From: Chiloscyllium plagiosum
Lineage: Eukaryota
Reading direction: 5' to 3'
DNA length: 64,000 nucleotides
Assembly: GCF_004010195.1 (NCBI RefSeq)
Contig: NC_057719.1
Coordinates: forward strand, 8,816,066 to 8,880,065
Made by a program: the position numbers and the translations under genes. Below, in pieces: positions 12,490 to 25,107 of the stretch. A model generated the notes under the pieces. The model made no database searches. It had not been told where the DNA came from and was given only the letters and a program-made list of their open reading frames with translations. How positions within the stretch are numbered: position 1 is the first letter of the stretch; each line of letters starts with the position of its first letter.

Positions 12490-12862
12490 CCTGACAGAAG
12501 TTTCTAAAATAATGAGGGGTACAGATAGAGTTAATGTTAGTTGTCTTTCCCATAAGATGGGGAATTTCAAGTCAAGGAGACACATTTTTAAGATGAGAGG
12601 AGAGAGATTTAAAAAAAAGCAGGCAAACTTTTCACACAGAAGGTGGTTCGAGTTGGAGTGAACTTCCTGAGAAAGTGGTGAATATGAATGTAATTACAAC
12701 CTTTAGACAACATTTGGTTGGATATACGAATAGGAAAGGTTTGGAGGGAGAAGGGCCAGGAGCAAGCAGGTGGGACTAGTTTAGTTTGGGATTATGTTTG
12801 CCATGGACTAGTTGGGCCGAATGGTCTGTTTCCATGCTTGTATGGCTCTGTGACTCCATGAC
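12490..12862 (+). mobile_element. HER1/CR1 LINE 3' fragment
   Basis: GAAGTTTCTAAAATAATGAGGGG...TGGGACTAG...GGTCTGTTTCCATGC...TGACTC tail. Confidence 0.8.
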
Positions 12863-13537
12863 TCCGGGAATAAATAAATGTACCTCACAGGTACAACAGA
12901 GGGATTACAGAAGCAAATGGTATGTTGAGTTATTTCACAGAGTGGTTGGAATATAATTGGATCAATTGGTGAGATTTGACCTGGGAATTCAGATTTCATC
13001 TCCTTAATTAAGCATGAACACACATGCCTTTGAATGGGATCAACAGAGGTTCACTAGTTTGACCCCTGAGATGAGGGAATTGTTTAATGAGGAGAGATTG
13101 GGTCTATATTGTTTAGACTTAAGAAGATTAAAAGACATCCTCATTGGAACATATTTATTATTTAAAGAGTTTTGAAGTGTAAGGGTTGGGAGGAGCACTC
13201 TTATGACACACTGGTAATGTCCCTATCTCTGAGCTGGGGGGGAGGTTAGGTTCAAGTCCCACCTGCTCCAGAGGGGTGTAATAATATCCCTGAATATGCT
13301 GATTAGAAAATACCTAGAGATTGGGAAGATGCCTCCCTGGATCAGTCCCATCTTTTTTGATCAAATTATACTTTATCATTCCTGCCTCAAATACTCACTC
13401 TCATTGCTGCAGCGCATTTTTAGCTCACAGGTTAATCTTTTTAATAAGTTTTCATCATATCCCACAACCTCATCCCTCCTCTAGGTCCTTTACACAAACA
13501 TTGTGTTTCTCTGAAGGGAAGGGGCAAAACTCCCATT

Positions 13538-13875
13538 GGGATGCATCACAGCTTGGTAAGGCAACTCCCAAGAAACTACACAGAGTTGTGTACAAAGCTC
13601 ACTCCATCACACAAACCAGCCTTCCATCCAGCCTTGACTCCATCTACTTCCTGCTGTCTCAGGAAAGCAACCAACACCATTTATACCTCCCACCCCAGTT
13701 ATACTCTCTTCCACCCTCTTCCGTCGGACAGAAGATATAAAAGTTTGAAAACATAGACCAACAGATTCAAGAACAGCTTCTTCCCTGCTGTAATCAGACC
13801 TGTGTATGGACCTCTCAAAACTTAATTCTGATCTCTCTCTCTGCACCTTCTCTGCGGCTGCAACATTGGTTCCTG
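13538..13875 (+). mobile_element. Rex1/Babar-clade LINE 3' fragment
   Basis: Frameshifted GCITAW.GN...KKLHRVV...SHPSYTLFHPLPSDRRYKSLKT..NRFKNSFFPAVIR. Confidence 0.8.
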
Positions 13876-13877
13876 CA

Positions 13878-14110
13878 AGAAAGTGAGCACTACAGATGCT
13901 GGAGATCAGAGTTGAAGGGTGTGGTGCTGGAAAAGCACAGCCGGTCAGGCAGCATATGAGGAGCAGGAGTATTGACGTTTTGGGATAATGAAGGGCTTAT
14001 GCCTGAAACATCAATTCTCCTGCTCCTCGGATGCTGCCTGACCGGCTGTGCTTTTCCAGCACCACACTCTTGACTCTGATCTCCAGCATCTGCAGTGCTC
14101 ACTTTCTCCT
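13878..14110. mobile_element. Fold-back PLE derivative (family A), both arms complete
   Basis: 13878-13985 is the inverted repeat of about 14000-14110; central ATGAAGGGCTTATGCCTGAAACATC. Confidence 0.85.
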
Positions 14111-14134
14111 ACTTCATCCAGCACTGGATGGCAA

Positions 14135-14360
14135 TGGAAAACTGAGAGCAAAGGGATATCGTGGAAGTCTGGGAGGTTAGGAATCGACAGGATGGCTGAG
14201 AGGAGATGGATCCTGTGAAGTACTGTGAAAAACATGGATCTGGTGGGAGACTGAGGGGAAAGGGATCATGTGGAAGACTGGGACATCAAGGATAGTGTGG
14301 ATGACTGACAGGACATGATCCAGTAAAATATGGAGAGGACATGGATCCAGTGGAATTCAG
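14135..14360. repeat. Degenerate minisatellite, about 27-28 bp subunit with 110 bp higher-order period
   Basis: ACTGAG..AAAGGGAT..GTGGAAG at 14140 and 14250; ATGGATC recurs. Confidence 0.6.
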
Positions 14361-15037
14361 GCAGGTTTGGTGAGGGTGGTGAGGGGGAGATGCTAATGGT
14401 GAGAACATCCATACTGAAGCAGACTCAGATAATGTCAGAACACATCCGAGCATTCTAGAAATGGTAAAATACTGGGACAGGAGTGCGAGTCGAAAACAAA
14501 TTAATCCACAGAGTTTACTTGCCTGTATTTATGGAATGACAAACTTATTTTAGGAGAGAGAGAGGGAAAATAACACCATTTAAAATTAGCAGTGAAAAAG
14601 AACTGCAACCAAATATTAATCCAAGATGACATTGAAACACCAAAATGTACAGACATAAAAAGGCAGTTAACCTCAGTAAACTGCTTATTCAAATAAATGT
14701 AAAACATTAATAACATATAATTTATTTACAATGTGTGCAATTAAGAAGTAGTTTTACTTTCCCGCTGTAAAATATCCAAAAATTAATGAGCCAATAAATA
14801 AACAAACAGCAATTAGAGAAGGTAATAAATTTTACCCGAAAATTATTTCTTCTATTTACAGAATGTTTGTGGTGACTGACAGCTGTGCCTCACAAGGATT
14901 TGGAAAGGTCCATTGTGGGGTCATCCACTGGATTGGAAGGCACATCAGAAATGTCAGTTAATACAAAAATACCAAGAAACAACCCTGGACCATCAGCCTC
15001 CTAAATAAGAAGACCATGTACGTTTGATGACTGTAAA

Positions 15038-15360
15038 GGTGGCGGCACTGTGGCTCAGTAGTTAGCACTGAAGCCTCACAGCGCCAGGGGCCCAGGTTCG
15101 ACCACAGCCTCGGGCGACTGTCTGTGTGGAGTTTGCACATTCTCGCCGTGTCTGCATGGGTTTCTTCCGGGGGCTCAGGTTTCCTCCCACAGTCCAAACA
15201 TGTGATGGTCAGGTGGATTGGCCATGCTAAATTGCCCATAGTGTCAGGTGCATGACTGAGTGGGGAATGGGTCTGGGTGGGTTACTCTTTGGAGGACCAG
15301 TGTGGACTAGTTGGGCGGAAGGACCTGTTTCCACACTGTAGGGAATCTAGTCTAATCTAA
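15038..15360 (+). mobile_element. HE1 SINE, full length
   Basis: Box A/B head, V-domain, TCTAATCTAA tail. Confidence 0.9.
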
Positions 15361-16019
15361 AAATGACAAAGTTATTTGAAAGTCATGTAGGGTCAAGGTA
15401 CAAATGAGCTGAGGAGCTCCCCCTGCCTATCGAACAGGTTAGACTCCAAGACTTAGCCAAAAAAAAGGCACATTTTCAAGACATGGCCAATGGGATAAAC
15501 ACAATCTTGCAAATCCTTCCAATTTAATAGTGAATAACGAACTGAATAATGGAGTAGGCTCGAGGGGCTGAATGGCCTCCTGAGAAGACTTGTCTGCTCC
15601 CTGAGGGATGCCAACCATCTCCCTTTCCAGTAATAGCAGATAGTATTGGTGGGAAAGATTCCTGATCAGTTGGGAGGAATGACAAATTGGAACCTTTGCC
15701 GTAGCTCCAGGTTTCATGTTGCCATAGCAACTCGGACTCCTTGAGTGAACTGTTACACAGCATAAATCAGATGGGTGCTTAAAAAAGGGAATTGCGTAAT
15801 ATATCTTTCATACCTTCCCCTTATCAGTTAATTACATACTTTGGAAGTCATGAAGTGCGATTTCTGTAATGGTTTAATGAAATGTGGCAACCAATTTGAG
15901 TACAGTAAGTTTCCACAAACAGTAATCATTGGATTGTTTGTTTCTCAGTAATGATGGTCGAGGGTTAAATATTGGTCAGGGGGTCTGTGGAGAGTACCAC
16001 ACAGGTCCATAGAACATTA

Positions 16020-16652
16020 CTCCTTGAAAGTGGCATGACAGGGTGGTGAAGAAGGCACTTGGTACACTTGCCTTCATTGGTCAGAGTGTAAGGGTCAGGA
16101 CATCATGTTATGGCTGTACAAGACATTGGCAAGTCCACATTTGGAGTACTGTGTATAATTATGGTCACCCTTGCTACAGATGTTATTAAACTGGAATGAG
16201 TGCAGGAACGATTTACTCAGATGTTATCGAGATTGGAAAGTTTGAGTTATAAGGAGAGGCTGGATAGCCTGGCAACTTCTTTCACTGGATTGTAGGAGAT
16301 TGAGCGGTGACCTAATTGAGGTTTATTAAAATCATGAGGGGTATAGATAAGGTGAGGAAGGTCTTTTCCCCAGGGTCGAGGGTATGTTTCACACTCGTGT
16401 CGTGACAAAATGAGAGCTGAGGGGCAACTTTTTCACACAGAGGGAGATACGTGTATGGAATGATCTGTCGGAGGAAGTGGTAGAGGTGAGTGCAATTACA
16501 ATGCTAAAAAGAAATTGGACAAGTACATGGATAGGAACTATTTAGATGACTATGAGTCAAACACAGGCAAATGGGACTCCTCCAGTTTAGGAAACCTCGT
16601 CAGCATGGATGAACTGGGCTGAAGGGCCTATTTTTGTGCTGTTTGACTCTAT
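16020..16652 (+). mobile_element. HER1/CR1 LINE fragment
   Basis: TTGGAGTACTGTGT (LEYCV), GGTGACCTAATTGAGGTTTA (GDLIEV), 3' tail. Confidence 0.8.
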
Positions 16653-16904
16653 GTGGATGTTTGGTCCAAGATTTATGAATGTACAGTCTCAAAGGACACC
16701 CTCGTGGTGGTGAGACAGCCTTGGGGTCAGAGCTCCGGAACATGGGTAGCAAATGCACCCAGAGGTGAATGTGACACCCACTGAGCCACTGCTGGCATGA
16801 ACTGAATAATGGACCAGGCTTGAGGGGCTGACTGGCCTCCTGAGAAGTCTTGTGTGCTCCCTGAGGCATGCCAACCATCTCCCTTTCCTGTAAAACTGAG
16901 GTTT

Positions 16905-17068
16905 TGGGGGTTAGTTTAGCTCAGTTGGTCACATAGCTGGTTTACCAATGGGTTTAATTCCCACACCAGCTGAGGTTAACGCGAAGGACTCTCTTTTCCC
17001 TTTGCCTGACCATCAGGTTAAACCACCACCAGTCATCTCCCTCAAATGAGAGAGCAGGCTATGGTGAC
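16905..17068 (+). mobile_element. tRNA-derived SINE family C
   Basis: TTAGCTCAGTTGG head and GAGGTTAACGCGAAGGACTCT...AAACCACCACCAGTCATCTC; second copy at 49975-50535. Confidence 0.6.
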
Positions 17069-17079
17069 CTCAGTAATCC

Positions 17080-17572
17080 GATGGCTCAATGGTTATCACT
17101 GCTGCCTCACAGTGCTAGGGACCCGGGATTGATTCCAGCCTTAAAGGCATCTGGATGGGTATATGAGTAGGAATGGTTTAGAGGGATATGGGCCAAGTGT
17201 TGGCAAATAGGACTAAATTAGGTTCGGATATCTGGTCAGCATGGACCAGTTGGATTGAAGGGTCTGTTCCTGTGCTGTACATCTCTATGACTCTGCGACT
17301 GTGTGGAATTTGGCCATTCTCACCGTGCCTGTGTGCGTTTCCTCTGGGTGCTCCAGTTTCCTCCCAGAATCCAAAGATGTGCAGGTTGGGCGAACTGGCC
17401 GTGCTAAATTGCCCGTAAGTGTTCAGGGATGTGTAGGTTAGGTGCATTAGTCAGAGGTAAATGTAAAGTAATATGGGAGGGGGGAATGAGTTTGGGTGGG
17501 ATACTCTATGGAGGGTCGGTGTGGACTTGTTGGGCTGCAGGGCCAGGTTCCACACTGCAGGGATTCTATGAT
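17080..17572 (+). mobile_element. HE1 SINE interrupted by a HER1 3' fragment (about 17141-17294)
   Basis: Head ends at CCAGCC, HER1 tail GGCATCTGGATGGG...CTATGACTCT follows, then HE1 resumes at GCGACTGTGTGG. Confidence 0.85.
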
Positions 17573-18744
17573 TTATTCAGTCTGACATTAAAAGGCTAAA
17601 TGTATCAGAAGAAATTAAGCAGCAGAGAGGAAAAATGTAAAAACACACACAAGAATAGATGTACGGACAAGTGCTTTGCAATAACCACAACAAAGTGCTG
17701 AATATTTTGCTATTTTTCCTTGCTTTTCTAGTCTGATTCTTCGCAGACTGTAATGCTCATCACTGAACACATTCCGACACACCTTCAAATCACCAAACCC
17801 AACACATCATCAAACATCGAGCGATGGCTTTGCAGAGAAAGAAGAAAAAACATTTGAAAATTGACTTCTGCTTGGATTATTGACAAGAAAGGCGTGATGA
17901 ATTGGACTCGCTGAAGTGATAAAATGAACATTAGAAATAAATCTAGTGGAAAAATCTATTTGTGCTCACTCTGTTACCAGAGAGGCAATCGGCTGGTGGA
18001 ATTTATCCCCTTCATTTAGACTCAGTCCATCCCTGTGCCCACCATCCCCAGAGTGGTGGGAGGCAGTTTGCAGAGAGAGACAGTGAGTTGATGGGATACC
18101 CAACCGGATTCAAACCTCACGTCCGACGATCGCCAAGTTACCAAGAATTTCTTCAACACAGAATTTCTCCAGCTGCTTTCTCTGCGTTGGCTACAAGTTG
18201 CCCCGGTTGCAAAATTTTTATTTGACCCCATTGATTCTGCCCCTCCCAGCCTCTACCCAATCCACTCAAGCCTACAATCTGCTGAGATCTCATCTGTGCT
18301 CCTGCAACAGTGATACCCCCAAAGTCCCTTGCAATGCCAACCCTTCCCCACCTACTGGCTGTGGCAGAGACCATCACAGACATTCTTCATGATCTGGGTA
18401 ATCTCCTCGACTCTTTTCCCTTTTCACACCTGGGGTGTAAGTGTCACTAGCTGGCTTGCCATTCATCATCTGCCCCTACTTGCCCTTGAAAGATGCCCCT
18501 GACACCAAAATGTAGGGTAGGAGAGACATTCTGTTGTGCGCCTGACAGTGTCCAAGCGACAAAAGGGCAGCACTGAAACAATAAGATGCTTTGCTCATTT
18601 GTTACATTCCTTTTCACGGGGAACATGGCTGGTCCAATTCTGACATTACAACAGTTCAATCAAAAGTACAGCACGTTGGGAAGTTTCGAGGTTACATAAG
18701 GCACTGTAGAAATGCATTTCCTTCCCTGAAGGGCGTTTAAGGTC

Positions 18745-18962
18745 CTCAGACATAGGGGCAGAAATTAAGCCAAACGGCCCATCGAGTCTGCCCCTCCATT
18801 CAATCATGGCTGATAGTTTCTCAACCCCATTCTCCCGCTTTCTCCCCATTACCTTTGCTCCCCTTAACAATCAAGAACCTATCTATCCCAGTCTTAAATC
18901 TACTGAATGACCTGGCTTCCACAGCCTTCTGTGGCAACAAGTTCCATAGGTTCACCGCTCTC
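18745..18962 (-). mobile_element. CR1 LINE 3' fragment
   Basis: CCATTCAATCATGGCTGAT UTR motif; minus strand encodes ..WNLLPQKAVEA. Confidence 0.75.
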
Positions 18963-19556
18963 TTGTTTACCTTGGAGTATTGACACCAAGATAATTCACA
19001 TCACTGTTAACTATGGATGGGGTAGTTGAATTGTTCAACTGCCTTTGGGGGTCAGTAATAACTTCTTAAATAGTGCTCACATAAACACACACACGCGCGC
19101 GCACACATACACACATATATAGTATATATATAAAATTTGAATTGTCACATTATTCGTGTGAAATATCGTCCCTCTAAATAAAACAGTGGGCTCCATTGGA
19201 AAAGAAACAGTCCCTGAGGCTATTCTCTGATAATGAATGAACACAGATTTACATTCCATCACCTGGACTGAACACGTTCTGATTATGTCTCTAATTCAGA
19301 TCGGCACAAACCAAGACTCGTGTTTTTTTATTACTCTAATTCATCTTTCTGATATGTTGATAACTTGCAGAAAGTTGAGAGCATTCAGACCATTAATTAT
19401 CTTGTGACATGGAGGAAGTATTCCTCTCGCAGGGTATATGTTCGCCGCACCTGCGCTTTGCAAATGAAGCACACAGTCACTGGCATAAAGCCTCGGTTGG
19501 GATAACTTTCCCGAGCTCCTGTCTTAGCTGAGCTGCCAGGGAACCAACTCTGGTTA

Positions 19557-20078
19557 CTTGGAATACTGCGTTCAGTTCTTGTTTCCCTCCTATAGAAAAG
19601 ATGTTGCTAAACTTAAAAGGGTGCAGAAAAGATTTACAAGGATGTTGCCAGGGTTGGAGGATTTGAGCGATAGGGAGAGGCTGAACAGGCTGGGGCTGTT
19701 TTCCCTGGAGCGTCAGAGGCTGAGGGGTGACCTTATAGAAGTTTATAAAATCGTGACAGGCATGGACAGGGTGAACAGTGAAGGGTAGGGGATTCCAAAG
19801 CTAGAGGACAATGGTTTAAGGTGAGAGGGTCAACATTTAAAAGGGACCTAAGGGGTAATTTTTTCACGCAGCAGGTGGTGCGTATATGGAACAAGTTGCC
19901 AGAGGAAGTGGTGGAGGCTAGTACAATTGCAACATTTAAAAAGAATCTGGATGGGTATATGAATAGGAAGGGTTTAGAGGGATATGAGCCATATGCTGGG
20001 AAATGGGACTAGATTAATGTAGGATATCTGATTGGACTGAAGGGTCTGTTTCCGTGCTGTACATCTCTATGAGTCTAT
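19557..20078 (+). mobile_element. HER1 LINE 3' fragment
   Basis: LEYCVQF...RVQKRFTRMLPGL...RLRGDLIEVYKI; FKRDLRGNFFTQQVVRIWNKLP. Confidence 0.9.
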
Positions 20079-20305
20079 GAGGAGAAATTTCTTTTTTCAG
20101 AGAGTGGGGAGCCTGTGGAAGTCTCTGCCACAGAAAGTGACTGAGGCCAAAGCATTGAATGTATTCAAGAAGGTGTAAGATATTGTTCTGAGGGGTGGGA
20201 ATCAAAGAAAGCAGGAATAGTGGACTGATTTAGATGGTAAGCCATGATCATATTGAAAGGCGGAGCGGACTGGAAGGGCTGAATGGCCTACTCCGGCTCC
20301 TCATA
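20079..20305 (+). mobile_element. CR1 LINE 3' fragment
   Basis: AGCCATGATCATATTGAA...GGGCTGAATGGCCTACTCC UTR. Confidence 0.75.
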
Positions 20306-20689
20306 TCCAAGTTTCTCTGTTCAGGCATGTGGTTGGAACTGAAGAGATCTCTCTTCTCAAGGGTAACATGGAGGTCAAAGGACAGCAGAAGGAGGGCTCA
20401 ATCCAGGGTGTAGTTGGACGATGGGTGCCACAGAGCAGCTGCAGCCAAGCTGCAGTGGGCGAGCGAGGGTGGCACAAGACCAAGGAGCATGGTGTAGCAT
20501 GGCAAGAGATCTGCTGGTTGGGGTAGTCCCAAACAAGGTGGGATTGGATGCTTGTGCTAATGGGACAAATGGGCATTATGTGAAACATGGCCAGTCTCTC
20601 CCCTCATCGGCCTGAACTTCAACAACCAGTCAACGGGGAGTGCCAGGAAATTCCAATTATGGACCGGCAAACAATGCAAAACATGGGAA

Positions 20690-21170
20690 AGAGTGCAGAA
20701 GAAATTTACAAGCATGTCACCAGGACTCAAGGGTCTGAGTTATAGGGAGAGGTTGGACAAGCTAGGACTTTTTTCTTTAGAGAGTAGGAGAATGAGGTAA
20801 GACCTTATAGAGGTGTATAAGATCATGAGAGGCATGGATAGGATGAATGCACTCAGTCTTTTTCCCAGGGTTGGGGAATCATGGACTAGAGGGCATCAGT
20901 TTAAAATGAGAGGGGAAAGAATAAAAGGGAACCTGAGGGGCAACTATTTTTTTACACAGAGGGTGGTATACATATGGAATGAGCTACCAGCGGAACTGAT
21001 TGAGGCAGGTACATTAACAACATTTAAAAGACATTTGGACAAATACATAGACAGGAAAGGATTAAAAGGATATGTGCCAAGTGCAGGGAAATGAGGTTAG
21101 CATGGATGGACATTTTGGTCAGCATGGACCAGTTTGAGCCAAAGGGCCTGTCTTCGTGCTGTTGGACTCA
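20690..21170 (+). mobile_element. HER1/CR1 LINE 3' fragment
   Basis: YKIMRGMDR...FFTQRVVYIWNELP...FKRHLDKY. Confidence 0.88.
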
Positions 21171-22055
21171 TCGAGGATGCTATGGTTTATCAGAACCAGG
21201 CCAATGCTTGGGGAATCATGTCCCCTGTCTGTCTCCGATTCTACAATTAAAAAATAACTTAGATACAAGTACTCAGCTCTCATGCAATCCCTACTGCTCT
21301 CATCTGTCCCTCATCAATGCATCAAAGTCTCTCCACTGGTGGGGTGGCTAACATTACACACAGCGCTGCAGCTCAGTTCTGCTCAATGATAGATGAGGGT
21401 TACCAAGAGTGAGCTTACTGCTGGTTTTTGGTGCCTGACGCAGGACCTTCACACAGTTACTCCTGCCACTTAATTAGCTGAAAACAATCTCCCAGGGGTT
21501 TCAGCACAGAGAAGGCCAGCATCCTCATTAAAACTAATGCGAGGAGCAAGCAGCGTTTTGATCTCAACCACCCTAACATTCCCTTTCCTGGAAAACCCTA
21601 ATGGGCTTCTTACTTTTAATGAAGCTATGTGTTAGTGTTGGTGAGGCTATCGCCACATCAAGCAGAGGGAGAGCGAGAGAAAATAAACTTAGCCCCCCCC
21701 CCCCCGCCGAGGTGCAGTTGTCACTGAATTAAAAGAACTGTTTGCATCTCAATGTTCAGCCAGCAGGCAGTGATGCCTCTACAAGTGAATGGAATTTGTG
21801 CTTTGATGAGGTTAAAACTACAGCCATTATCTCTGTGGCCTTGCTGTGACAATTACTGCTAAACCCCTCATCTGCCCCTTTGTTACCTCTCGTCCTGACT
21901 CTTTGGTCACATGCGTTTTATGTTCACATCCACGAGTTTGGGCTCAATGTCAAACGCGTCAAGGACGAGGGGCAGGTGAGGTCAAGAGTTGTGTTCAGCT
22001 TCTTTATAACACTCTGAATTCCATTTCAAGACTGCAATATATGGTTACTCAGCGA

Positions 22056-22270
22056 TACACAGGAGGTTCTGCTATAACGCACGTTTCTTCAACGCAAATT
22101 GGCTATGACGCGATTGAAGAATTTAGCTGTTGTTTGAACTTTCCTTAGCTGTATTGGCTACAGTGCGATTCCAGTCCCATTGGTTTAAATGATACAGCTA
22201 TTACACGATTTTCCTATACAGCAGGATCACGCACGAATGCAACTATCGTGTTATAACAAACCAGACTCTC
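22056..22270. mobile_element. Tigger/pogo-like MITE
   Basis: CAGGAGGTTCTGCTATAACGCACG ... CGTGTTATAACAAAC imperfect terminal inverted repeats; related copy at 41511-41716. Confidence 0.6.
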
Positions 22271-22359
22271 AACTCACCATGCATTGTTTGAGAAACTCAT
22301 CTTGCATTCTTAAATTGAACTGAAGCTTAGAGATCAAAAACAAAGTGCGCCAAATAAGG

Positions 22360-22655
22360 GAGGTGATGGCCTAGTGGTATTATCACTGGATTGTTGACCC
22401 AGGTTCAAGTCCTACCTTGGCAGGTGGTAGAATTTGAATTCAATAAAATAATCTAAAATTGAGAGCATGACCATGAATCTAATATTGGGAGAACCCATCT
22501 GGCTCACAAACACCCTTTCAGGAAGGAGAGTGCCATCCTTACCTGGTATGTGATACTAGACCCATAGCGATTTGGCTGACTCTTAATTGTAAGTGCAATT
22601 AGGGATGGACAATAAATGTTGGCCGAGCCAGTGGCATCCTCATCCCATGAATGGA
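22360..22655 (+). mobile_element. SINE family B
   Basis: TGGCCTAGTGGTATTATCACTGG head and CAATTAGGGATGG tail. Confidence 0.75.
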
Positions 22656-23433
22656 TGTTGAGACAGCATTATTTGCATAGCAACTTTGAAAATAAAATCC
22701 TCAAAGCCAGTGGACATGAAGTCCATGCCCCATCAGAGAGCGTCAACTCAGAACATTCAGAGGCCTAGTGCTGGATCTCACTCAATGCTGACAGGTCAGT
22801 CGTCAACTTTATCGGGATTGGAGAGTAATGCAGGATGGATTATCAGGCCACGGAGGGGAGGCTGGGAGCTTGCTTGTTAAATAAATAACCTTGTGGGGTA
22901 GTTGGTAGCGCCCCCTGTCTCCTGGGGAGATTCAAGTCCCACTTTAGGACTTGGTGACCATGGAGAGTGCAGCCATTCAGCTTGAGGATCAAGACCATCA
23001 GAAATAGGAACAGGAGTAAGCCATTCAGCGCCTCCAGCCTGTTCCACCATTCAATAAAATCATGGCTGATTTGATGTTCCTCATGCCCATCTAGAGTTCT
23101 AATTTTCTTTTTAATTTAAGTTCAATATTCTCAAAAGATGGGAAACTCTACTAATGTATGCCAATGTGTAGTTAAAGCTGTTCATCATTGGGTCAACAGA
23201 ACTGAACAATTATTCTCAATACTTTTATGGCTCAATGGTATATTTGGGAAACATAAGTAGGCTTTATAGGAAATAGACTGGTACAAATATTCAGATACAT
23301 TGTTAACAGAATGTGTCTTTGTTTGTCCAACAGAGAACGTTGCATTGACAAAACAGCAAGCTGCCTCACCCAAGGATGGAAGTTAGTTACAAAAAGAAAT
23401 ACTTCAACTATAGACTAAACATTTTAGCAGGCA

Positions 23434-23577
23434 GAAGTGGGTACTGCAGGTGTTGGAGATTAGAGTCAAGATTAGAGTGGTGCTGGAAAAGCACAGCAGG
23501 TCAGGCAGCATCCGAGGAGCAGGAAAATCGACGTTTCGGGCAAAAGCCCTTCACCAGGAATGCTCAATCTTGACTCG
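23434..23577 (-). mobile_element. PLE derivative family A with hammerhead and 17-bp flanking repeats
   Basis: Minus CUGGUGA-A-GGGC-UUUU-GCCC-GAAACGUC; AAACATTTTAGCA(G/A)GCA at 23417 and 23578. Confidence 0.85.
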
Positions 23578-24129
23578 AAACATTTTAGCAAGCAACTCTT
23601 TCAAAACTGCCAAATATACTCAGGGTCTCGCATTTACATTTCTTTCAAGTCTCAGAATTAACAAAGATATAGCTTTCATTTTACTTCATTTTTCCTGCCC
23701 ATCCCCCATCACCCTTGATTCCCCTCCTGGTCAAGAATCAATCTATCTCAGTCTTAGATATAGACAAGGACTCTTGCCTCACACCTCTCTACGACAAGGA
23801 GTTACAATGACTGAGAGAAGAAATTCCTCCTTATCTCAGTCTTAAATTGGTGTCCCTTTCAGCTGAGACTCAGCTCTCTGGTCCGAGATTCTCCCACAAA
23901 GGGAACCATCCTCTCAGTATTTACCTTGCCAAGTCCCCTAAAAAAATCAGCCTATGAATCATTTCAATGTGTTTGGTTCTGGATCCTGGGATGCCCCTGT
24001 CAACCTATAGCCTCTGACTTCAGACGAGCGCCATTTCCCAATGGTAAACATTCCAGAAAACCATAAGTATATCGTTGGACTCACATGGCTCTAGATGTGG
24101 GAAGTCTTCTTTGGTTTTGGGAAAGGAAG

Positions 24130-24732
24130 TGGGGTGGTGGTTTTGTCACTGGGCTAATAATCCAGGGCCCTAGTGGTCTGTGAACATGGGTTTTAATTCC
24201 ATCACCACCCATGGTCAAATCTGAAACCACTAAGAAAATTCTGGAATAAAATGGCAACCACGTAGCCACAGTCAATTATCGTTAAAAACCCATTCAGTTC
24301 ATTCCTGTCCTTATCTGGCCCAGCTTACAAGTCACTCCAAATGGACTGGTTGACCACTCCAAGACTGAAAACACCTCTTGGCCTTGCATTCTCTTAGATC
24401 ACTTCATCTTGAACACTAACTCATGGATGTGAAATGGAAACCAAAAATGCTGGAGAAACTCAGCAGGTCCGGCAGCATCTGAGTTAAGGATTCGAAGCCA
24501 GTGACCCTTTGTCAGAACTGGACTTGAAATGTTAACTCTCCTTCCCTCTCCACAGGTGCTGCCAAACCTGCTGAGTTTCTCCAACACTTTGTTTCAGATT
24601 TTCAGCATCTGCAATTCTTCGTTTTATCTCATGGATATGAAATGTGGTTAACTCAAAACAGCCTCTCGGCAATTAGTGATGGGCAATAAATGCTGGCCTA
24701 GCCAGAGACACTCTTATCCCATGAATAAATTA
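24130..24732 (+). mobile_element. SINE family B, degenerate, with nested fold-back element
   Basis: Head at 24130-24210; tail GGCAATTAGTGATGGGCAATAAATGCTGGCC. Confidence 0.6.
24437..24627. mobile_element. Fold-back PLE derivative family B
   Basis: Inverted arms (TGCTGGAGAAACTCAGCAGG / CCTGCTGAGTTTCTCCA); flanking repeats CTCATGGAT(G/A)TGAAATG at 24420 and 24628. Confidence 0.8.
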
Positions 24733-24745
24733 AAACAAAACTGTC

Positions 24746-25053
24746 ATAGAATTCCTACAGTGTGGAAACAGGCCATTCAGCCCAATTGGCCCTCCAAGGA
24801 GTAACTCACACAGATCCATTCCCCTACACTTATCCCTGACTAATGCACCTAATGCACACATACCTGAACACCAGGGCAATTCACCTAAATTGCACATCTT
24901 TGGATTGTGGGAGGAAACCAGAGCATCCAGACAAAATCAGCACCGACACGGGGAGAATGTGCAAACTTTACACAGACAATTGCCCGAGGCTGGAATTAAA
25001 CCCAGGTCCCTGGCACTGTCAGGCAGCAGTGTTAACCGCTGAACCACTGTGAC
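24746..25053 (-). mobile_element. HE1 SINE
   Basis: V-domain and head on the minus strand. Confidence 0.85.
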
Positions 25054-25107
25054 ATCTCCCTGAATGTCCATGCTGAATACTGGATTAACAATGTTTTAAA
25101 GAGGTTA

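Noticed and set aside
13878..14110. DNA-transposon MITE or pre-miRNA interpretation of the palindromes
   Set aside because: Arms match the 3' end of an RT-encoding PLE, and related copies have variable 11-17 bp TSDs rather than fixed short ones
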